Shown here piece by piece: positions 1-7,050 of a stretch of 64,000 nucleotides of DNA (positions within the stretch are counted from its first letter, which is position 1; each line of letters starts with the position of its first letter). The DNA comes from a virus. The stretch is from positions 1-64,000 of the IMG/VR virus record IMGVR_UViG_3300030012_001865; one strand, 5' to 3'. Made by a program: the position numbers and the translations under genes. The notes beneath the pieces were generated by a model. The model had not been told where the DNA came from. It was given only the letters and a program-made list of their open reading frames with translations, and searched no databases.

Positions 1-1520
1 ATTTCATTTACAGATACTTGAGGAGAGTTACCAGATCCGACAGTGTTCCAATTATAAAATCTAATACCGCCAGACGCTCCATCCCCAACACCTGCTCCAC
101 CGACTAGCTCTAAATCACCACCAGTCAAGTTACTCGTACCACCACTTACTGCTCTTCCAGCTGTTATTCTTAATTGTCCACCTCCATTAGAACTGTCTCC
201 GTTTGTTCTAACAATCTCAGCTCTTCCGTTATCGCCGTTACCAATACTTAATAACTCACCACTACTAGAATAGGTAAGACTAGAAGTAGTTTCTACAGCA
301 GAAGTACCATTACCTATAAGTATATGTGTGTCAGCTAAAGAAGTTGCTCCAGTTCCTCCTTTAGCCACGGTAACTGTATCTGATAAAGTAGATCCTGCAG
401 CAGTAACTGTTATATCTGCAGTACCATCAAAGTTAACACCATTAATTGTTCTAGTTGTTTCTAGTGCAGTAGCCGTTGCAGCGTTACCTGTACAAGAACC
501 CGAAGACCCAGAAGCATTGCCAGTTAAATTACCCGTAACACTAGCGTTAAGAGTATTAGCTACAGTTGTATTACCTGAAGAATCAAATGTTATGCAAGTA
601 GTACCATCGTCATCTTTTATATCATTTCCTGTAACAGTAAGATCTCCAGCTATAGTTAAATTACCGTCTTTATCTAAAGTTGCTTTAACAGCAGCAGCAC
701 CTAAATCACCAGCTGTTCCTGTAGTAGTATTAGAAATAAATTCAAATTTACCACCTCCGCCGCTACCTTTACCGTAGCCTGCATAAAATTGTAAATCTCC
801 TCCAGCAGAATTATCTGCTCCCGCACTACCTGCAAATATCTGAAAGGTACCTCCTGCGCCATCACTGTGATTTGTTCTTCTAATGCTTACACTGCCATCA
901 TCATCATCTCCAATTGTTAAAATTTCTGAATCATATGTAAGACCACTTTCTGCTTGTATAGCACTAGTTCCATTACCTGTTAATATTGCATTACTTGTAA
1001 ATGTTGTAGCGCCAGTACCACCACTTCCAACAGCAAGTGTAGAAGATAATCCTGAAGCATTACCTGATAAGTTACCTGAGAAAGTTCCTGAAGTAGTACC
1101 AGCTATTGTAGTATTACCTGAGCTATCAAAGGTTATACACGTTGTTCCGTCATCATCTAGAATATCATTACCACTTATCATTAAATCTCCTGACACTAAA
1201 ACATTTCCACTTCCTAAAGCAGAAAGATACGCAGTGCCATTTTTGTCAAATAGTTTAGTAGTAACTAGTCCTCCATGGTGGTGAGTCTTGTAAAATACTC
1301 CATCAGAATCAACCTGTACAACATTATAACTAGTAACATTTGATGCGTCCAAAAGCTGAGTTGTCATTCCCTCTACTTTTATAGGATCAGCAGAATCTTT
1401 TACATGCAGTTTATTAGTAGGCACTTTTACTCCAATACCTACTTTAAATAAAGTAAACATGTCAGAAGACTGGCGTCTAACTTGCTTCCAAAAAGATATT
1501 ATGTTTTCTTTTATTGACAT
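1..1520 (-). CDS. Tail fibre-like protein, truncated at left window edge (not in ORF track)
   Basis: ATG at 1520 (MSIKENIISFWKQ...), open to position 3 with no stop. G/T/S/N-rich, with GIGVKVPTNKLHV and GGTGAT fibre motifs and a duplicated GND(I)xDDDGTTCITFDSSGNTT unit. The plus-strand ORFs 328-777 and 883-1284 are its antisense shadows. Confidence 0.8.
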   Translation of the reverse strand, partial: MSIKENIISFWKQVRRQSSDMFTLFKVGIGVKVPTNKLHVKDSADPIKVEGMTTQLLDASNVTSYNVVQVDSDGVFYKTHHHGGLVTTKLFDKNGTAYLSALGSGNVLVSGDLMISGNDILDDDGTTCITFDSSGNTTIAGTTSGTFSGNLSGNASGLSSTLAVGSGGTGATTFTSNAILTGNGTSAIQAESGLTYDSEILTIGDDDDGSVSIRRTNHSDGAGGTFQIFAGSAGADNSAGGDLQFYAGYGKGSGGGGKFEFISNTTTGTAGDLGAAAVKATLDKDGNLTIAGDLTVTGNDIKDDDGTTCITFDSSGNTTVANTLNASVTGNLTGNASGSSGSCTGNAATATALETTRTINGVNFDGTADITVTAAGSTLSDTVTVAKGGTGATSLADTHILIGNGTSAVETTSSLTYSSSGELLSIGNGDNGRAEIVRTNGDSSNGGGQLRITAGRAVSGGTSNLTGGDLELVGGAGVGDGASGGIRFYNWNTVGSGNSPQVSVNE

Positions 1521-1521
1521 A

Positions 1522-1854
1522 TTAACATTTCCAACGTCTTCTTGCTTGACGAATTCTTGAATTAGGATTATTTCTAGTTTTTGCACTACTTCTCTTTAGC
1601 TGTCCTAAAGATCTAGCGCAATAAGATTTTCTTCTTTTAGCTGCTTTACTACCTTTTTTAACTTTACCAGTTACAGCAGTTTTAAGTTTACTTCCAGGAT
1701 TAGCTTTTCTATAAGCTCTTACACCTTTAGCTGTCATACCAGCTCCAGATTTTGTAGATCTATAGTTAGCGCCTTTACCTTTAGTGGTTTTTCTTATAGG
1801 CTTTTCTTTCCTAACCTTACCACCTTTTTTCATTTTACCACAACCGCATCCCAT
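1522..1854 (-). CDS. Small very basic protein (K/R/G/A-rich)
   Basis: 110 aa, tightly packed in the operon; GAGMTAKGVRAYRKANPGSKLKTAVT...RRKSYCARS resembles a family common in aquatic phages. Confidence 0.75.
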   Translation of the reverse strand: MGCGCGKMKKGGKVRKEKPIRKTTKGKGANYRSTKSGAGMTAKGVRAYRKANPGSKLKTAVTGKVKKGSKAAKRRKSYCARSLGQLKRSSAKTRNNPNSRIRQARRRWKC

Positions 1855-1856
1855 AA

Positions 1857-2189
1857 TTAATATCCTCCTCCAGATGATGATCCACCACCAGAGTAACCAC
1901 CGCCACCACCAGTTGTTCTAGTGCCTCTGCCATAAACAGATCTAGTACGAGTAGGTGTAGAAGACGTGGTTCTAACGGTTCGTGTTGGTGTAGTAGTATT
2001 AACTGTTGCAGGTGTTACGCTGCTGCCTATGTGAGATTGTTTAACTTCTACTTCTAGAGCTAGGCTAGATGTATACTCTCCGTGTACGTGTGCTTTGTAC
2101 GATCCTGCAGTTTTCATTAAATAAAAATCTGTAGAATTTTTTATCATAAAATGATAGCCGATTGGTGCTTTAACTTTTTTGTTTGCCAT
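1857..2189 (-). CDS. Hypothetical protein with Thr/Arg-rich linker and Gly/Ser tail ending GGGY
   Basis: ORF track; operonic spacing of 1-2 nt to neighbours. Confidence 0.7.
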   Translation of the reverse strand: MANKKVKAPIGYHFMIKNSTDFYLMKTAGSYKAHVHGEYTSSLALEVEVKQSHIGSSVTPATVNTTTPTRTVRTTSSTPTRTRSVYGRGTRTTGGGGGYSGGGSSSGGGY

Positions 2190-2190
2190 G

Positions 2191-2655
2191 TTACATAAAA
2201 TAATCTAGTTCGCGTTCTTTATCTTTTAAAATACTAGCTAATCTTCTAGTATTAGTTCTTGTTGGTATAAAAGAATATGCTGTAATATTTTTAACTATTC
2301 CTTTAGTCCAATAAAATCTATACTTATATCCGCCAGTATGATCATTAAGATGATAAATCCTCTTCCCTAGCTTTTTACTTGCAGCCCAATCAACCTTCAA
2401 TTTATTTTTATCATCGTATTTCATTTTAGACTTTTTAATTCTAATTGTTCCTAATCTATAAGGCAATCTCATTTCTTCAGAACTTATTAAAATTTCGTCT
2501 ATAAATAACTTATTAAATTCGTCACATATTTTTCTATAAGTTTTTTTATCTACTTGTAATTCTTCTATAGTATTATTTTTATAATACTTATATGCATCTT
2601 CAGATCCATTATCTTTTTTATATGTTCCTAATCCTCGTTTAGTATTTGTAAACAT
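2191..2655 (-). CDS. HU/IHF-like DNA-binding protein (crAss-type)
   Basis: EEMRLPYRLGTIRIKK matches the HU/IHF beta-arm; lies next to a ring protein as in crAss-like phages. Confidence 0.7.
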   Translation of the reverse strand: MFTNTKRGLGTYKKDNGSEDAYKYYKNNTIEELQVDKKTYRKICDEFNKLFIDEILISSEEMRLPYRLGTIRIKKSKMKYDDKNKLKVDWAASKKLGKRIYHLNDHTGGYKYRFYWTKGIVKNITAYSFIPTRTNTRRLASILKDKERELDYFM

Positions 2656-3353
2656 TATCTTCTTTGATTAGGTTGGAAATCTGCAGTATCATTATTTGTG
2701 TGATCTGTAAAAGTCTCCGTAAAAGTTTTCATATTCTGTGCTAGCATCATACTTTTTATTGTATCTAGCATAGAAATAGATATAGGATAATCATCTTTCT
2801 CTGGGTCATACGCAAAATCTTCTGTAGAGTTTCCTGTAAACTGTGCTATCTCTCTAGGATTTTGAAACACACCTTCTACTTTAATATGATCTAACATTTC
2901 AGACTCTGGACCAAATATATATACAAAATTATCTAAAAGAAAAGCAAATGTCATTCTCTTAGTATATTTATTAGTTCCTGCCCAAGGAGCTCTATTGTAA
3001 GGTATCGTATGAAAGTTTACAGATAAAATTCCTGTAGGCCCTACTGCTGTAATTAAATCGCTGTGCGATGTTTCTATAGCATTAGGTATTTGATGAAGAG
3101 ACCTTACAATTTTTATGTCAGGGTGTAACCCACAAGTAGTTCCTGATACAGACTCTACATGTAATTTAGGTATTAACTGTTTTATATTATCAGATATGCT
3201 TCGCCTTTTATTTATATCTTGACGTATTAACTGAGCTCTTATAGAATTTATTTGAAATTCTATCTGACGATCAGATATAATTTCATCATCTGATTGTACA
3301 CCACCTCTAATAAGGTTTTTAATATCGTATACTATTTCTTTTATTGTTGCCAT
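2655..3353 (-). CDS. Tail ring / tail tubular protein (crAss-type)
   Basis: N-terminal EIVYDIKNLIRGG-xSDD-xISDRQI...RAQLIRQD and C-terminal VEGVFxNP...DYPI pattern of crAss ring proteins. Confidence 0.7.
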   Translation of the reverse strand: MATIKEIVYDIKNLIRGGVQSDDEIISDRQIEFQINSIRAQLIRQDINKRRSISDNIKQLIPKLHVESVSGTTCGLHPDIKIVRSLHQIPNAIETSHSDLITAVGPTGILSVNFHTIPYNRAPWAGTNKYTKRMTFAFLLDNFVYIFGPESEMLDHIKVEGVFQNPREIAQFTGNSTEDFAYDPEKDDYPISISMLDTIKSMMLAQNMKTFTETFTDHTNNDTADFQPNQRR

Positions 3354-4520
3354 TTATTTTAAATTAACTTGTAAATATCCTTCACATCCTGTTTCTTTAT
3401 TCCATATATAAGCTTGAGCTTCTCTAGGAGCATTGTACCCCATTGTTTTATGCCAAGCATCATTAGTACATATACTAGGTAAGAATCTTACTTTTATACC
3501 ATGATACGTATTAACTATCTCTCTATGCTGATGTCCGCAGTGCACCTCTCTATTAGGACACTCTGCAAACATAAGTGGCTGTTCTGTAGCCATAAGAAGC
3601 GGCATCTGTGCTGGCTTCTCTTTGTCTCCATGCGTAAACATTAGCATATTCTTTCCGTATCTGTAATATTTTCTTGAGTCATAACTGTTGTCTACTGTTA
3701 TAAACTCACAGTCTCTATACCAAGATTCTATTACTTCTCCTATATAAAACATACGTTCAAAGTCATGGTTACCTTGGATTACTATTACATCTACAGGTGC
3801 AAATGCAGATAGGTAATCTATTGCTGTAACTAATAACTTCCAGTATCCTCTAAAGGTCTGTTGCCATTCTTCAGCATCATGCTGTGGCGTGCCTTTAGTA
3901 GTAGCTCTACTATAACCTTCAGAGTTTAGCCCATCGTTACCAATAGGCAGTATAAACTTTTCTATGTTTAAACCTTTAGCTCTTCTGTGCAACTCTTTAA
4001 TAGTATTTAAAAAGTCTAGATTAGCCTGCTCTTGTGTTACAGAACCTATCTTACCATAATGAAAATCAGGTAAAGATATTTCGTAAGCTACAGGAGATCC
4101 CTCTTTAGCTGCATAGTTGGGTACAGCTACTTGCGGGATATACTGTTTCATTTCTTCAAAGAACTCTTTCTTAAACTCAGTAAGATCAGTTTTATTTTCT
4201 TTTGTTACAATAGAAAATCTGTATTCTCCTGAGCCTGACTGCCAGTGCTTTACTGACTGTACATCTTTTTTATCTATCCCTCGCTCTTTAAGATGCAAAT
4301 CGAGTTCGGGTATGTTAGGAACTATTTCTCCTACATCTTTAGTTTCATTAGTATTGCAATTAGTATCTACCCATTGATACCCTCCTGCATACTTTCTGCC
4401 TCCAAGACCTTTTATAACTTTATAGATATTACTTTTATCAATACCTAAAGCCATCGCAGCTTCGTGAGCAGTTGAGAATTCATCTACAAGATTTCCTTCT
4501 CTATCTAACTGTTGTATCAT
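3354..4520 (-). CDS. Calcineurin-like metallophosphoesterase with N-terminal NUMOD1-like DNA-binding domain
   Basis: Motifs DFHYG, GND, GNHD, HGD, GHQH; N-terminus QQLDREGNLVDEFSTAHEAAMALGI...KYAGGYQW. Confidence 0.85.
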   Translation of the reverse strand: MIQQLDREGNLVDEFSTAHEAAMALGIDKSNIYKVIKGLGGRKYAGGYQWVDTNCNTNETKDVGEIVPNIPELDLHLKERGIDKKDVQSVKHWQSGSGEYRFSIVTKENKTDLTEFKKEFFEEMKQYIPQVAVPNYAAKEGSPVAYEISLPDFHYGKIGSVTQEQANLDFLNTIKELHRRAKGLNIEKFILPIGNDGLNSEGYSRATTKGTPQHDAEEWQQTFRGYWKLLVTAIDYLSAFAPVDVIVIQGNHDFERMFYIGEVIESWYRDCEFITVDNSYDSRKYYRYGKNMLMFTHGDKEKPAQMPLLMATEQPLMFAECPNREVHCGHQHREIVNTYHGIKVRFLPSICTNDAWHKTMGYNAPREAQAYIWNKETGCEGYLQVNLK

Positions 4521-4903
4521 TTTTTTCTAATTTTTTCTATACTCCTTCCAGCAAAATACGCACCGTACACGGTGATTAATAGTGTCTGGTAGATAGGAAT
4601 ATAAGCTGGAGATATAACAAATTCTCCTAAATTCCCATCAAATATAGAAATAATTATGAACATTGCTGTTAAAAAGATACAAATCAATGGTCTAATATTC
4701 TTACTAAGCCAGTTGTCAGACTTCATGTCAGCCTCCCAACGACGTGTTACTTGTTCTTGCCCTTTAGCTTCTGCGTCTAATAAAATTTGTTTCATCATAC
4801 GCTTTGCTTCCATACGCTCTTCATCTGACGTACTTAGTTTATCTACTACGTCTCCAATCTTCTCAATGGTGTTACCACCTAAAAAACTTAATAACTTACT
4901 CAT
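4517..4903 (-). CDS. Holin (3TM/GTA-holin-like)
   Basis: RWEADMKSDNWLSKNIRPL followed by two hydrophobic helices and GAYFAGRSIEK; adjacent to the endolysin. Confidence 0.8.
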   Translation of the reverse strand: MSKLLSFLGGNTIEKIGDVVDKLSTSDEERMEAKRMMKQILLDAEAKGQEQVTRRWEADMKSDNWLSKNIRPLICIFLTAMFIIISIFDGNLGEFVISPAYIPIYQTLLITVYGAYFAGRSIEKIRKK

Positions 4904-5373
4904 TAAAGTGCTTTTATATTATCACTTGCATGTCTATAAGCTGTTTTACCTTGATCGTTTTTATAAGCTTCTAGTACTTGCTTTCTATTCTTACCTGGGC
5001 TTAATGATACATGTATCCAAGCAAAATCAAATTCATTTATTAATTGATCAAACTCTAATCCTGAGTCTAGTATCCAATCATACATGACTTTATTATTCAT
5101 TTGCCCCTCTTTCCAAAACTGCAAATCCATTGCTTGGCCTTTACAGTGTTGCGAGCGGCTGCTTCCTCCGATAGCACGATTAAGTTTCGGACTGCGATAA
5201 CCACTAGTAACACGGATAGGACCGATAGCATCCCGCATAGGCTGAATAAGCTCAGTAACGAGCGTTTGCAGATTCGCCAGATGTTCTTTTTCTGGTTCAT
5301 TACTTATTCCTTTTCTTCTTGCTGTATTGCTTCGAGTCATCTCAGACAATACAAAGTTTTTACTTAGTCTCAT
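4903..5373 (-). CDS. Endolysin, peptidase M15A family
   Basis: SGYRS..LN.AIGG...SQHCKGQAMD and WIHVS zinc-ligand motifs. Confidence 0.9.
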   Translation of the reverse strand: MRLSKNFVLSEMTRSNTARRKGISNEPEKEHLANLQTLVTELIQPMRDAIGPIRVTSGYRSPKLNRAIGGSSRSQHCKGQAMDLQFWKEGQMNNKVMYDWILDSGLEFDQLINEFDFAWIHVSLSPGKNRKQVLEAYKNDQGKTAYRHASDNIKAL

Positions 5374-5382
5374 AATTTAAAT

Positions 5383-5718
5383 TTAAAATGCTTCCATTAC
5401 AATTTCATCTATAGAGTTCTGAACTTCACTTTTAGTAGCCTCCATAGTCATCATAATATTTGCTTGAAATCTTTTTACTTCTTCGTTATTGTTAAATATT
5501 ACAATAGTAGGTACAACTACTATTTTGTATTCTTTAGACCATCTTGCATCTGCTGTTATATCAACTCTTTCTACTTCACAATCTGTAAGCTTAGGTAACC
5601 AAGCTACTTCGTTAGCTTTATTGAAACTAGCATTAAACTCAACTGCAACCATTCCGTCAGGAAAGTCTTGAGCTAAAGCACTAGTGCAAATACAAAATAA
5701 AACAAATAGTTTTTTCAT
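5383..5718 (-). CDS. Exported thioredoxin-fold protein lacking CxxC
   Basis: Signal peptide MKKLFVLFCICTSALA|QD; VAVEFNASFN where Trx has VxFxAxWC; EYKIVVVPTIVIFNNNEEVKRF cis-Pro strand. Confidence 0.7.
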   Translation of the reverse strand: MKKLFVLFCICTSALAQDFPDGMVAVEFNASFNKANEVAWLPKLTDCEVERVDITADARWSKEYKIVVVPTIVIFNNNEEVKRFQANIMMTMEATKSEVQNSIDEIVMEAF

Positions 5719-5724
5719 AAGATA

Positions 5725-6009
5725 TTATTTTAAGTCATCTATCTTTTCCTCAAGGCGTAGCATATGTCCTTTAATTTCTTTTACATCATCTTGTGTTGTC
5801 ATAATAGTTTGACGTATCAACTGATCTTTCATGTCATACTCCATACGAGTAATCTCTGGATCTGGCGGTTTAGGTAATTCTTTTGCCTCTGATATATCTG
5901 ATTGTAATGTAAACCACATACCTACAAGAGTAAAGATTAACACTGCTATGCCAGCTAATGTTTTTATACTCAGTTTTAGAGTTGTGTCTTCATTTATTTC
6001 TTTTGCCAT
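5725..6009 (-). CDS. Single-pass membrane protein with C-terminal coiled coil
   Basis: Hydrophobic LAGIAVLIFTLVGMWFTL, Pro-rich hinge, heptad DVKEIKGHMLRLEEKIDDLK. Confidence 0.75.
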   Translation of the reverse strand: MAKEINEDTTLKLSIKTLAGIAVLIFTLVGMWFTLQSDISEAKELPKPPDPEITRMEYDMKDQLIRQTIMTTQDDVKEIKGHMLRLEEKIDDLK

Positions 6010-6012
6010 CTG

Positions 6013-7050
6013 TTAAAATATTACATAGTTAATACCGACACTAAAGTTGTGCCATCGTCGGTTCCAATATTTATTATATCTACCTTCTACAAATACACCT
6101 AAACTTTTATTAAATCTGTATCCGTAAATAAGTCCTGCCGAGTAATCTAACCACTGTCCGTTATTAAACTTGTGGTAAGAGTATGTGTTATCTGTATCTA
6201 TATGATACGGCATAATGTTACCCCAGCTGTGAAACCAAAAGTCTTTTGTAAAATGATAGTAATCAAATCCTAATACTGCAGAGTACTCTACTATATTAGA
6301 TAGAGCACTTCTTTGTTTTTCTACATAGTCATCTATTACTTGAGGTATAACAACCTCTTCCCAAACTTCTTGACTAGTTGCTACTACCTCTCCACTGGGT
6401 GCTGAATACTGTCCATCTAATGTTATAGTGTATCCCTCTTGAAGTGCCAAGTATGTATAGTGTAATGTCCCATTGTCCAGCACCCAGTCTGCTAAAGGGT
6501 CAAAACCGTATGGTTCTGCAAGACGCTGTACTGCACCTACGTTTACAGATAGTTTACCTGTCTCACCTATTTGCAATCTAAATCTTTCTGATGCTTCAAA
6601 GTATTTTATATCTGCAAAACCATCTTCTAGATACTCTACTTTACTTACCCACTTATCAGCAACGTATCTTACAAAGTGATGTTGGTTAGTAAAGTTAACA
6701 CCTAAACGACGTACAAAATCAGCCTCGAATAAATACTCAAAGCCATCGACTCTACCAATGGTGGCAGCATCACTGTATGAATTTTCTGTACCATTATAAA
6801 AAGTAAGAGCCCTGTTTTCATAGCCAAATCGTTTTATTTTTCTTATACCTATAGATAATGTATAATCAAAAGGTGTTTCTATTGTTTGTTCTTCTAGTGT
6901 ACCAGATGTAACAGACCATATTTGATCATCACCTAATGATGTACCACCATTAACTGCAGCATAAAATGTAGAGTATTTAAATATTTTATGTAACCCTTGT
7001 GCATTTCCTAATAAAGGAATAAATAATAATAATATTAATAGTCTTTTCAT
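6013..7050 (-). CDS. Putative outer-membrane beta-barrel protein
   Basis: Signal peptide ...LLGNA|QG; many alternating aromatic amphipathic strands; C-terminal FSVGINYVIF resembles a BAM beta-signal. Confidence 0.75.
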   Translation of the reverse strand: MKRLLILLLFIPLLGNAQGLHKIFKYSTFYAAVNGGTSLGDDQIWSVTSGTLEEQTIETPFDYTLSIGIRKIKRFGYENRALTFYNGTENSYSDAATIGRVDGFEYLFEADFVRRLGVNFTNQHHFVRYVADKWVSKVEYLEDGFADIKYFEASERFRLQIGETGKLSVNVGAVQRLAEPYGFDPLADWVLDNGTLHYTYLALQEGYTITLDGQYSAPSGEVVATSQEVWEEVVIPQVIDDYVEKQRSALSNIVEYSAVLGFDYYHFTKDFWFHSWGNIMPYHIDTDNTYSYHKFNNGQWLDYSAGLIYGYRFNKSLGVFVEGRYNKYWNRRWHNFSVGINYVIF

